Below, in pieces: positions 19,897-28,710 of a stretch of DNA of 52,042 nucleotides. The position numbers and the translations under genes were made by a program. The notes beneath the pieces were generated by a model. That model made no database searches. It saw only the letters and a program-made list of their open reading frames with translations, and was not told the origin of the DNA. Origin of the DNA: Parcubacteria group bacterium Gr01-1014_17 (GTDB taxonomy: Bacteria; Patescibacteriota; Minisyncoccia; Phycocordibacterales; UBA10002); the NCBI GenBank assembly GCA_007376285.1, contig VMFZ01000002.1:1-52042 (forward strand), written 5' to 3'. Each line of letters begins with the position of its first letter. The first letter of the stretch is position 1.

Positions 19897-19947
19897 CGAA
19901 CACAAAAGTCATTATAAGGCACATACTAAATAAGCGCCAAATATATA

Positions 19948-19956
19948 TGTGGATAA
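19948..19956 (-). promoter_or_regulatory. Consensus DnaA box
   Basis: TGTGGATAA in an AT-rich intergenic region. Confidence 0.45.
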
Positions 19957-19998
19957 CCCACATAATGTGAGTATTGCACAGCTCTTAAAACCAGTCAA

Positions 19999-20925
19999 TT
20001 AAGCGTCTTTTTCTCTTTCAAACAACAGCGGCTGAACAAAAGAATAGGAACTCCATCTCTTCTCTCCTAGTTTTTTCAATACACCCCTATCTACCAATTC
20101 GTATAATTCTCGTTGAATTGTTTTTTCTCCACAGTCATTTATAAAGGACAAAATCTCTTTAACGGTCAATTTCTTTTTGTCCTTTAGAGCATCTATAATT
20201 GCTTTTTGTCTCGCAAAACGCCTTTCTAACCTTATTTGTCTTATGTTTTTTGTCGTATCCTTTTTTACTAAAATGGAGACTTCTTTCTGTCCGTGAGATT
20301 CATAAAGGACATTATTAGTTGGCGGCATATTCTGTATCGGACTTATCAATTCATTTTCGTAATCTCTAACGGACAATTTGCGCGTCCCGCGCGGTCTTCC
20401 GCGCACCTGTTTCCGGCGAAAAGAAACTCCTTGTATTTTTGCAATCGGCAACGCAATATCCCCACCTTTCATTTTGAATATCTGAACATTAAAAATAGGG
20501 AAAAAACTCTGTATTTCATGCTTCAAAAGTGAAGTGTTCGCCTCCGAAACAGCTCCGCCTTCTTCTCCAACATTTAAGAGCGACACCAACACAGAAAGAC
20601 ATCCTAAGAAATGAGCGCGATGTATGGGTTCATTCGCTTTGTTTTTATCATCTCGTATAAAGGACATCACTCTATCAATTAGTTCTGTAGCCACTGTCCG
20701 TAACTTCCACTTTAATGGTTCACTGTCCGATAGAAAGTTTGTTATAAGGTATATCGCACGAACAAAGTTCTCCACCTTTTTAACAAGGAAAATCAAGTAC
20801 TTTCCTCCTATAAAGGACATATCTGGGTAATCGGTGACTTTATAAAGGACATTACTATTTGCCCTTATGTCCTTTATGGTGTTTTTGCTCATATTGTTCT
20901 GTCCTTTATAAATTCTAACGGACAT
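19999..20925 (-). CDS. DNA-binding protein with C-terminal winged HTH (DeoR-like); start uncertain
   Basis: RQKAIIDALKDKKKLTVKEI..GEKTIQRELYELVDRGVLKKLGEKRWSSY; helical N-terminal domain. Confidence 0.75.
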   Translation of the reverse strand: MSVRIYKGQNNMSKNTIKDIRANSNVLYKVTDYPDMSFIGGKYLIFLVKKVENFVRAIYLITNFLSDSEPLKWKLRTVATELIDRVMSFIRDDKNKANEPIHRAHFLGCLSVLVSLLNVGEEGGAVSEANTSLLKHEIQSFFPIFNVQIFKMKGGDIALPIAKIQGVSFRRKQVRGRPRGTRKLSVRDYENELISPIQNMPPTNNVLYESHGQKEVSILVKKDTTKNIRQIRLERRFARQKAIIDALKDKKKLTVKEILSFINDCGEKTIQRELYELVDRGVLKKLGEKRWSSYSFVQPLLFEREKDA

Positions 20926-20959
20926 CTATAAAGGACATAGCAAGTATACATAAAGGACA
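20141..20959. repeat. Dispersed array of the 10-mer ATAAAGGACA
   Basis: Exact copies at 20141, 20302, 20657, 20810, 20842, 20928, 20950 (+) and 20868, 20900 (-); variants at 20178, 20366, 20724, 20915. Confidence 0.92.
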
Positions 20960-21057
20960 TGTTCGTTATCAAGAAATTTTTGCTATAGGAAACGAAGGGA
21001 AGAATTATGCAAGGGTAATCGAAGTTCTTTTGAAGCGTATGCTATCATTACTTTAAT

Positions 21058-23196
21058 ATGGCAAAAAGAAACAAAGAACGGGGATGGCATTCAATTAAAC
21101 TGGAAACATGGCGCGGTATCGCCACGGTGATTTTATTGGCGCTTGCAATATTTTCGGTTCTTTCTGGTATAGGTAAAGCTGGCGCTGTCGGTACTGTATT
21201 TTTTAACACGCTATCGAATATATTCGGTGTCGCCTATGTTCTCATTCCTCTTGTATTGTTAGGCGGCGGTATACTGATGCTCCGTCCATCAGAAAACGAG
21301 AATATGGCGCCAATCATCAAGATTGTATGTTTGTTTGTCTTTATTGCCGGAGCGCTCGGGCTTATAGGACTCTTCCTTCCATCGCGCGGGGGGCTTGCAG
21401 GAGTTTCAATGGCCAATTTCTTTGTATCGCTTTTTGACCGCTATGCAAGCGCGGTGATACTTAGTGCGCTTACAGTCATACCTCTCTTGATTATATTCAA
21501 CACACGCTTTTCATTTTCGTCGTTTGTGAACGCGTGGCAAAAAATAGTCGGAATCATTCGCCCGCCTATGCGTGTTTCCGATGAAATCGCAGATACAGCG
21601 ACCGTCTATGAACAAAATACCGATGAAACAGAAACCCATGAAAACAACGCGGGCGCCGCAGAAACATCTGAACCCTCAATCCAAACTGACGATAACGGCT
21701 GGCAACCAAGAAAATCTACGCGCCTTAAATTCGGAGCGTATGAGCCGCCGCCGTTATCTATTCTTGAACGCGACCAAGGAAAACCAGATGTTGGCGACAT
21801 AAAAGCAAATTCAAATGTAGTAAAGCGTACCCTTCGAAACTTCGGCATTGAAGTTGAGATGGATGAAGTGTCTATCGGACCATCGGTAACTCGCTATGCG
21901 CTTAAACCAGCGGAAGGAGTCAAACTAACCGCAATCGTTGCGCGTCAGAACGACCTCGCTCTCGCGCTTGCAGCGCACTCTATAAGAATTGAAGCGCCGA
22001 TTCCAGGCAGGTCACTCGTTGGTATTGAAATCCCAAACCAGGCGCGCGCTACAGTTCGGCTCGGCGCGCTTATTGGAAGCGAGGAATTCGCGTCATCCGA
22101 CAAACATCTGCTTTTTGCGCTCGGCAAAAGCGTTGCAGGCAAACAGCACTTCACTAACCTCGCAAGAATGCCGCACCTTCTTATCGCCGGAGCAACGGGC
22201 TCGGGAAAATCAGTAGCAATTCATACGCTTGTTGCATCGCTCATTTACCGCAATTCTCCGGAAGCGCTCCGCTTTATGCTCATTGACCCGAAGCGGGTAG
22301 AACTCACGCTTTATAACGGCATACCGCACCTGTTAACCCCCGTGATTACGGATGCAAAAAAAGCGATACAGGCATTGCGGTGGGCGGCAAAAGAAATGGA
22401 ACGGAGGTACAACATTCTGGAAGGAGAATCGGTGCGCGACATTGATTCATATCACAAAAATGTATTTCTTCCTGCGCGTGAAAAAGCGGACCCAATGCCG
22501 TATATCGTAATTATTATTGACGAACTTGCTGACATTATGTCTACCTACCCGCGCGAACTTGAGGCGGCCGTCGTTCGTCTAGCGCAGATGAGCCGTGCGG
22601 TCGGTATTCACCTCGTGCTCTCTACTCAGCGCCCGTCAGTCAATGTCATTACGGGACTTATCAAAGCAAATATACCATCGCGTATCGCGCTCCAAGTGGT
22701 CTCGCAGATTGACTCGCGCACTATTTTGGATGCCGCTGGAGCCGAGAAACTTCTCGGAAGCGGTGATATGCTCTTTCTATCGGGAGAACGCTCTAAGCCC
22801 GAACGCATCCAGTCCGCATTTATTTCCGAACATGAAGTCAAAAAGATTACAAGCTATCTTACCAACCGATACCCGGATAGAGGCGGCACGGAACTCCTCA
22901 CGCCAAACGGGAATGTATCTTCTGGCGCACTGGAGCACTCATTTACGGATAGCGATGATGTAGATGACGACCTCTATGAAGCCGCGAAAGAAGAAGTGGA
23001 ACGGGCGGGTAAGGCCTCTACTTCGTACTTGCAACGGAAACTGCGCGTCGGCTATGCGCGCGCGGCGCGGATTATGGACATTCTTGAAGAGCGCGGCATT
23101 ATAGGACCGTCTGACGGCGCAAAGCCGCGCGAGATTCGTAGTGGCCTATCGCAAGAATCTCCTCTTGCACCAACCCTTCCAGAGGAAACAGTATGA
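21058..23196 (+). CDS. ftsK: DNA translocase FtsK/SpoIIIE
   Basis: 4 TM N-terminus; PHLLIAGATGSGKS, IIIDELAD, LSTQRPS; gamma domain ASTSYLQRKLRVGYARAAR. Confidence 0.97.
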   Translation: MAKRNKERGWHSIKLETWRGIATVILLALAIFSVLSGIGKAGAVGTVFFNTLSNIFGVAYVLIPLVLLGGGILMLRPSENENMAPIIKIVCLFVFIAGALGLIGLFLPSRGGLAGVSMANFFVSLFDRYASAVILSALTVIPLLIIFNTRFSFSSFVNAWQKIVGIIRPPMRVSDEIADTATVYEQNTDETETHENNAGAAETSEPSIQTDDNGWQPRKSTRLKFGAYEPPPLSILERDQGKPDVGDIKANSNVVKRTLRNFGIEVEMDEVSIGPSVTRYALKPAEGVKLTAIVARQNDLALALAAHSIRIEAPIPGRSLVGIEIPNQARATVRLGALIGSEEFASSDKHLLFALGKSVAGKQHFTNLARMPHLLIAGATGSGKSVAIHTLVASLIYRNSPEALRFMLIDPKRVELTLYNGIPHLLTPVITDAKKAIQALRWAAKEMERRYNILEGESVRDIDSYHKNVFLPAREKADPMPYIVIIIDELADIMSTYPRELEAAVVRLAQMSRAVGIHLVLSTQRPSVNVITGLIKANIPSRIALQVVSQIDSRTILDAAGAEKLLGSGDMLFLSGERSKPERIQSAFISEHEVKKITSYLTNRYPDRGGTELLTPNGNVSSGALEHSFTDSDDVDDDLYEAAKEEVERAGKASTSYLQRKLRVGYARAARIMDILEERGIIGPSDGAKPREIRSGLSQESPLAPTLPEETV

Positions 23197-23537
23197 GCAC
23201 ATTTCGCAAACGGCTTACTCTCACGCTCTCTTTTATTGTACTAACTGGACTTGTTTCATACGGAATATATCAAGCGCGCGCATATTTGCGCGGACCGAAT
23301 ATCTTCATTGAAAGCACAATACAGAGCGGGCCATTACTCGCGCTTGCTGGCACTGCAGAGCGCATCGCGTTCCTGTCGCTCCAAGGTAAGCAAATCTTCA
23401 CCAATGAAAACGGTCGCTGGCAAGAGACACTGCTTCTCCTGCCGGGATATAATAGTATTGCTATAGTCGCAACCGACCGATTCGGACGGAAAACGGAAAA
23501 ACATCTTGAAGCGTATCGTGTGCAAGAAAATATTTAA
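23193..23537 (+). CDS. Small membrane-anchored Ig-like hypothetical protein
   Basis: N-terminal TM; LLPGYNSIAIVATDRFGR; ATGA overlap with ftsK. Confidence 0.75.
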   Translation: MSTFRKRLTLTLSFIVLTGLVSYGIYQARAYLRGPNIFIESTIQSGPLLALAGTAERIAFLSLQGKQIFTNENGRWQETLLLLPGYNSIAIVATDRFGRKTEKHLEAYRVQENI

Positions 23538-23558
23538 AAATAGAAGCATCTAAAAAAT

Positions 23559-24587
23559 ATGGCATTTGGAAAGAAAAAAGAACCGAAAGCGGAAAAGACG
23601 CTTGATAAAGGTATTGAAAACGCGATTGCGGCGATTAAAACAAAATTCGGAGATGAGGCGATTATGAAGCTCGGAGAGAAACCGCGCGTGGATGTGAACG
23701 CCATACCGACTGGCTCTATCGGTCTAGATGCCGCGCTCGGGGTGGGCGGTCTTCCGCGCGGCAGAATTGTTGAAATCTTCGGACCGGAAAGCTCCGGCAA
23801 AACTACTGTTGCGCTCCATGTGGTGCGCGAAGCGCAAAAAAAAGACGGCATTTGCGCGTACATCGATGCTGAACATGCGATGGACCCCGAATACACAAAA
23901 AAAATCGGAGTGAAAATTGACGACTTGCTCATTTCCCAGCCGGATACTGGAGAACAGGCGCTTGAAATCGTGGAGGCGCTCGTGCGGAGCGGAAAACTTG
24001 ATGTGATTGTGATTGACTCTGTTGCGGCGCTCACACCAAAAGACGAAATTGAAGGCGATATGGGGCAACAGCATGTCGGCAAACAAGCGCGGCTTATGTC
24101 GCAGGCGCTCCGAAAGCTCACGGCGATCGTCGCGCGTTCAAAAACCGTTGTTATTTTCATCAATCAAATCCGGATGCAAATCGGCGTGATGTGGGGCAAT
24201 CCGGAAACGACTCCCGGCGGCAAAGCACTAAAGTTTTACACATCCATTCGTATTGATCTGCGCCGCATCGCGCAAATAAAAAAAGGAGAAGAGATTGTTG
24301 GCGGGCGCGTGCGCGCAAAAATCGTAAAAAACAAAGTTGCCGCGCCATTCAAGCAGACAGAGTTTGACTTGATGTACAACGAGGGCATTTCCGAAGAAGG
24401 CGAAGTTATCGCGCTCGGCGAAAAGTTCGGGATTATCCAAAAAGGAGGAGTCGGTTCATATTCCTATGGCGAGGTAAAGCTCGGCCGCGGCTACGACGCA
24501 ACGCGCACCTTCCTCAAAGAAAACCCGAAAATAAAAGCGGAGATTCTCAAACAGATTCGGGAGAAATTGAAGGAAGGGGTGGTGTAA
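23559..24587 (+). CDS. recA: Recombinase A
   Basis: [38 protein letters not shown]. Confidence 0.99.
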   Translation: MAFGKKKEPKAEKTLDKGIENAIAAIKTKFGDEAIMKLGEKPRVDVNAIPTGSIGLDAALGVGGLPRGRIVEIFGPESSGKTTVALHVVREAQKKDGICAYIDAEHAMDPEYTKKIGVKIDDLLISQPDTGEQALEIVEALVRSGKLDVIVIDSVAALTPKDEIEGDMGQQHVGKQARLMSQALRKLTAIVARSKTVVIFINQIRMQIGVMWGNPETTPGGKALKFYTSIRIDLRRIAQIKKGEEIVGGRVRAKIVKNKVAAPFKQTEFDLMYNEGISEEGEVIALGEKFGIIQKGGVGSYSYGEVKLGRGYDATRTFLKENPKIKAEILKQIREKLKEGVV

Positions 24588-24601
24588 GTAACGCAAAAAG
24601 A

Positions 24602-24631
24602 AAAACCGGTCTAAACTACTTTAGCCGGTTT
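24602..24631. terminator. Probable bidirectional terminator
   Basis: aaaaccggtctaaa-ctac-tttagccggtttt between convergent genes. Confidence 0.6.
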
Positions 24632-24652
24632 TGCAACGAAAATTTGAACTTC

Positions 24653-25132
24653 TTAAGTTCTACACTTTGGAAGGAACGCAGTAACCTTAAATACTGGCGT
24701 GTAATCGTTAATGACCCATGTCCAAGTCCTGCCATTCGCTGTGTCCTCTCCAAAAATTCGCGGTTTATTGATATCCCAACCCTCAATTTCTTGGAAAGAC
24801 CATACCCACATAGGCAAATGTTTCCGCATTATAGGCAATGGATTTACATTAAACCTGTATGTGCTCTTTAAGAATTCGTAAATCTGCATACAAGAATGCA
24901 AATCTCGGTCATTGACATCTTCATGCACTAGTTTTTCGTGCACAATATCATAATATCTCTTTCGAAATAAATACTTATCCTCCCACCATGAAATGGCGAT
25001 TGGCCAAGGACTGCAATCAAAAGAAAGTGCGTGTTTTATGAACTCAAGAACTTCATTCTGTTTAGGATCCACACCAGACCAGTGTGTAAGTTTTCTTGTC
25101 AACGGTTTTAGTTTTTCTGTTCGATTTTTCAT
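24653..25132 (-). CDS. Hypothetical protein (AT-rich gene, Trp-rich product)
   Basis: 159-aa ORF with GGAG upstream and its own TTGACG-16-TATGAT promoter (25240-25267). Confidence 0.6.
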   Translation of the reverse strand: MKNRTEKLKPLTRKLTHWSGVDPKQNEVLEFIKHALSFDCSPWPIAISWWEDKYLFRKRYYDIVHEKLVHEDVNDRDLHSCMQIYEFLKSTYRFNVNPLPIMRKHLPMWVWSFQEIEGWDINKPRIFGEDTANGRTWTWVINDYTPVFKVTAFLPKCRT

Positions 25133-25267
25133 TGTGGATTCTCCACTGTCTCACGGACAAGTTCACCACTTGCAGGCAGGTGACGCCGTTTTGTTTTCAA
25201 CAGAAACGCTCCTCGCGTTCCTTACTGTATCCGATATACATCATACACACTTCCCACATCTCGTCAA

Positions 25268-25303
25268 TATACACTATCTTTGGCGACCGTTATAATTAGT
25301 GTA
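25268..25303 (+). repeat. 36-bp palindromic direct repeat, copy 1 (contains TATAAT; ends on the A of the ATG)
   Basis: tatacactatctttggcgaccgttataattagtgta. Confidence 0.9.
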
Positions 25304-25890
25304 TGGGAAAATTAGAACAAAAAGTGAAACAGAGGGCAAAGAAGAAGAATGTAGCGGGAATTATTCTCCGCATCGTGGCAGGAGCAGGGCTACTCAGCGC
25401 GGCGCTTGTTGCGCCAAACGCGCTCAAAGCGATGAAAACGCTCGGCATCCTTCCTCACGGACGGCAAAAGGAAGTAGTGCGCCGCGCACAAGCTCGACTA
25501 GTGACGCAAAAGCTTATTTCTAGAAATTCACGCGGATTTTTGCGCCTTACAAGCCAAGGAGAAGAAAAGTTGGAATATCTGAAACGAAATAACTTTGAGC
25601 GTTTTAGAATGACGCTTCCGCCGAGGTGGGATAAGAAATGGCGTTTGTTTATCTTTGATATAAAAGAAGAACGTAGACGCGACCGCGACTATATCCGCCG
25701 TACGCTTGAAAATATGGGGGCTGTGCCACTGCAAAAGAGTGTTTGGGTGTACCCTCACGACTGTGAAGATATGATCGCGCTTCTCAAGGTCGACTTTAAA
25801 GTAGGGAACAATCTCTTGTATATAATCGCTGATGAAATAGAAAATGATCGTTCGCTCCGCGAGCATTTCAACCTGCCCCTGCAATCATAA
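25303..25890 (+). CDS. PaaX-like protein (wHTH + Cas2-like domain)
   Basis: LRLTSQG wing, then WDKKWRLFIFDI.E..R..RD.IR..L..MG...LQKSVWVYP. Confidence 0.85.
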   Translation: MGKLEQKVKQRAKKKNVAGIILRIVAGAGLLSAALVAPNALKAMKTLGILPHGRQKEVVRRAQARLVTQKLISRNSRGFLRLTSQGEEKLEYLKRNNFERFRMTLPPRWDKKWRLFIFDIKEERRRDRDYIRRTLENMGAVPLQKSVWVYPHDCEDMIALLKVDFKVGNNLLYIIADEIENDRSLREHFNLPLQS

Positions 25891-25946
25891 AAAGCGGTAA
25901 CGATGGAAAACAGAAGAAAAAAACTAGGAAAACAACCAAGGTTCGG

Positions 25947-25982
25947 TATACACTATCTTTGGCGACCGTTAAAGATAGTGTA
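25947..25982 (+). repeat. 36-bp palindromic direct repeat, copy 2
   Basis: tatacactatctttggcgaccgttaaagatagtgta; perfect 12-bp arms; 33/36 identical to copy 1. Confidence 0.9.
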
Positions 25983-26023
25983 GGTGGACTTTTTTAGATG
26001 TCTCGGATAGAATTGCGCTTTGT

Positions 26024-26584
26024 ATGCTTACCTACAGCGAAATCTTGCCGAAGAAAGTTATTGTGATGGATGGCGCGCCGTACGAAGTACTGGACGCGCA
26101 TATTTTCCGAATGCAGCAGAGAAAGCCCGTTAATCAAACGAAGCTCAAAAACCTTATTACTGGAAAAATTGCCGAGACCACCTTCCACCAAGCGGATAAG
26201 GCGGAAGAAGCTGACTTGCAAAAGAAAGAAGCGAAATATCTCTACACAAACCGCGGAGAATGGTGGTTTTGCGAGCCAGCGGTGCCGTCAAACCGATTTA
26301 AGATTACTGAAGAGATGATTGGGGGCGCGGGAAAGTTTTTGAAGCAGAATGCGCCAATTGAGCTTTTGGTGTTTGATGAAAAGATTATCGGCGTTAAGTT
26401 GCCGATTAAAGTTGAATTAAAAGTTACCGAAGCGCCGCCTGCAGTTAGAGGAGACACAGCAAGAGGCGGCTCAAAACAAGTAACACTGGAAAACGGCGCA
26501 ACGCTGAATGTTCCATTCTTCATCAACGAAGGAGACACACTCCGCATCAATACCGAAACGGGAGAGTATGTGGAGCGGGTCTAA
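26024..26584 (+). CDS. efp: Elongation factor P
   Basis: [31 protein letters not shown]. Confidence 0.96.
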   Translation: MLTYSEILPKKVIVMDGAPYEVLDAHIFRMQQRKPVNQTKLKNLITGKIAETTFHQADKAEEADLQKKEAKYLYTNRGEWWFCEPAVPSNRFKITEEMIGGAGKFLKQNAPIELLVFDEKIIGVKLPIKVELKVTEAPPAVRGDTARGGSKQVTLENGATLNVPFFINEGDTLRINTETGEYVERV

Positions 26585-26775
26585 CGAGCAACGAATGGCA
26601 AAAGAGCCATAAAGCGCGCGCGTTTGACCGCGAGCGCCAAACTGCGCTGGGCTTTTGAGGTAAGCCCAGTGCGCGAGCGCGAAAGAATCCTCCCATGGGG
26701 ATTTAGGAACTTTTTCAACAGTTCCTGATTTTTGTAATCAAATGTTTTATGAATATGAGCTGAATTTGGACCCAT
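26581..26775 (-). CDS. rpsR: 30S ribosomal protein S18
   Basis: [40 protein letters not shown]. Confidence 0.96.
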   Translation of the reverse strand: MGPNSAHIHKTFDYKNQELLKKFLNPHGRILSRSRTGLTSKAQRSLALAVKRARFMALLPFVAR

Positions 26776-26833
26776 GTTTTTTGTTTTTTATTCGCGGCAT
26801 TCGCGTTTTAATTTGTAGATTCGCATCGAGTTA

Positions 26834-27322
26834 CTAAAATGGAATATCTTCTGGCTTAATATCTTCTTCGGGATATTGGATCGTCTCACCAGCGTTTTGA
26901 TCATGCGCTTCCGCAGAAGCAGACCTGACCCCCGCCTCTTCGGCGGGTCGCCGATGAGGCGACTGCCAGTTACCTCCTCCGCCCGCGCCAGCTGGGCGCG
27001 GGCCAAATTGAAACCTATCTATGACAATCTCTGTTTTGTAGCGCTTTCCGCTACCGTCTTTCGCCTCCCAATTGCGAGTGCGGATTCGGCCTTCAAGGAA
27101 AATGGGGCTTCCCTTTTTGAGATACTGCGCGATAACCTCCGCCTGTCTTCCGAAAGAAACTATATTATGGAATTCCGCCTCTTCTTTATTATTCCCCTCT
27201 TTGTCTTTGTAGACGCGATTTGTCGCCATACCAAACTCAACAACCTTTGCGCCGGAAGGAAGCGCTTTGAGTTCCGGGTCGCGCGTCAAGTTGCCGTACA
27301 AAATTGCTTTGTTGATGTACAT
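26834..27322 (-). CDS. ssb: Single-stranded DNA-binding protein
   Basis: NKAILYGNLTRDPE; C-terminal DIPF. Confidence 0.98.
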   Translation of the reverse strand: MYINKAILYGNLTRDPELKALPSGAKVVEFGMATNRVYKDKEGNNKEEAEFHNIVSFGRQAEVIAQYLKKGSPIFLEGRIRTRNWEAKDGSGKRYKTEIVIDRFQFGPRPAGAGGGGNWQSPHRRPAEEAGVRSASAEAHDQNAGETIQYPEEDIKPEDIPF

Positions 27323-27332
27323 ATATAGATTT

Positions 27333-27836
27333 TTATACCCCTACTAACTCATCAATTTTGCGGTCAAGTTCCTCCTCGGACACTATCGCTTTTGGCTCTA
27401 CGGGGATTCCGGATGTCTGTTTTTCAGATATTGGAAAAGCCGGCTCAATATGCCGCACAGAGCGGCTCGTAAATATTTTTGCCGGCTCTGGCGCTTCTGC
27501 TTTTACGATAAGAAAGCGGATGATGTCGGGCGATGATGCAAACAATTTCTTCGCCTCGCCGATTGTCTCGGCATCGGCTTCAAAGCGAATCCAGCCAAAC
27601 GACGCGGAATCAAAAACCTGCTTTTTCTCTCCTGTGGCCGCCACGCGTATGGGGTACGCCAAACGGCGAAACTTGGGGAACTCTTCGGCAGAAACCACCA
27701 CATTTTTCCCAGCAAGCAGGTCCTTGAGCGGCAATACCGCAGAAGACGCTTTGTCTTCCGCAAGCGCAGGACTTACCAGATATGAAATCTCATAGAGCCG
27801 CATCAACTCCGGGTCCATTACTTTATTTTCAGACAT
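27333..27836 (-). CDS. rpsF: 30S ribosomal protein S6
   Basis: YEISYLV, RRLAYPI, IIRFLIVK; rpsF-ssb-rpsR gene order. Confidence 0.92.
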   Translation of the reverse strand: MSENKVMDPELMRLYEISYLVSPALAEDKASSAVLPLKDLLAGKNVVVSAEEFPKFRRLAYPIRVAATGEKKQVFDSASFGWIRFEADAETIGEAKKLFASSPDIIRFLIVKAEAPEPAKIFTSRSVRHIEPAFPISEKQTSGIPVEPKAIVSEEELDRKIDELVGV

Positions 27837-27857
27837 GAAAAAAAGGATAACATGGCG

Positions 27858-28706
27858 CTAGAACCCTTGCAAACCGAAAAACTGTTCGGCGTTTTTGAGA
27901 AGTTGCACTCGCACACTCTCATGGTCCTCGTTGCGGATTTCTGCAATTTTCTTTACCACTTCTACAACATACGCCGGTTCGTTCCGCTTTCCGCGAAATG
28001 GCACAGGGGCGACATACGGGCAGTCGGTTTCTGACATAATTCGTTCAAGCGGAAGGTAGCGAACCACTTCGTCGTAGTCGTGCGTAAAGGTGACAACGCC
28101 CGTGAATGAAAAAGAGTATCCGAGTTCAAGAAATTTCTTCGCATCCTCTACCGTTCCTGCAAAAAAATGCAGGTTGCCGGGAACTTTTGCGGCGGTTTTT
28201 AAAAGAGCATGCGCCTCCTGATATGCCTGCCGAATATGGAGCATCAAGGGTTTGCGTACCTCATTTGCCAACTCAATTTGTTTCCTAAACGCTTCTTCCT
28301 GTTTTTTATTCGCGTCATTCGCGCTCATTCGTGTATTGGTGTCGTGTCTATAGTAATCCAGCCCGCACTCTCCTATCGCGACAACCTTAGGGTGCAGAGC
28401 GAGTTTTTTGTAATATTCATAATCAAAGCCCTCGCCTCGTGAAGTGAATTCTTTTCCGTTCTCACCAAGTTCCTCCTCATCATGAAATGATTTCGCGGTA
28501 TGAATAGGGTGGAGCCCCACTGCCGCATATACGCCGTTTTCGTATTGTTCCGCAATTTCAATCGCCGCGCGCGAAGTGTCTTGTTGCGTACCAACATTTA
28601 TTAGCGCAACGCCTGCCTCATACGCGCGTTGTGTCGCCTCCGCACGGTCATTATCAAACGCCGCGAAGTTCGTATGCGAATGGATGTCGATGTATGAAAA
28701 ACGCAT
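27858..28706 (-). CDS. tatD: TatD family nuclease
   Basis: DIHSH, GLHP, AIGECGLDY, ETDCPY..P.RGKRNEP. Confidence 0.95.
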   Translation of the reverse strand: MRFSYIDIHSHTNFAAFDNDRAEATQRAYEAGVALINVGTQQDTSRAAIEIAEQYENGVYAAVGLHPIHTAKSFHDEEELGENGKEFTSRGEGFDYEYYKKLALHPKVVAIGECGLDYYRHDTNTRMSANDANKKQEEAFRKQIELANEVRKPLMLHIRQAYQEAHALLKTAAKVPGNLHFFAGTVEDAKKFLELGYSFSFTGVVTFTHDYDEVVRYLPLERIMSETDCPYVAPVPFRGKRNEPAYVVEVVKKIAEIRNEDHESVRVQLLKNAEQFFGLQGF

Positions 28707-28710
28707 AACA

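Noticed and set aside
19900-20000. oriC
   Set aside because: Only one consensus DnaA box, no dnaA/dnaN, and no lasting switch in gene orientation.
23534-24163. Long antisense ORFs, e.g. opposite recA, rplJL, glyA and 41473-42102
   Set aside because: Shadows of well-supported genes on the other strand, with no recognisable motifs.
25268-25982. CRISPR array with cas2
   Set aside because: Only two repeats about 680 bp apart, no spacer series and no cas1 or effector; the protein has PaaX-like architecture. Reported as a repeat-flanked gene instead.
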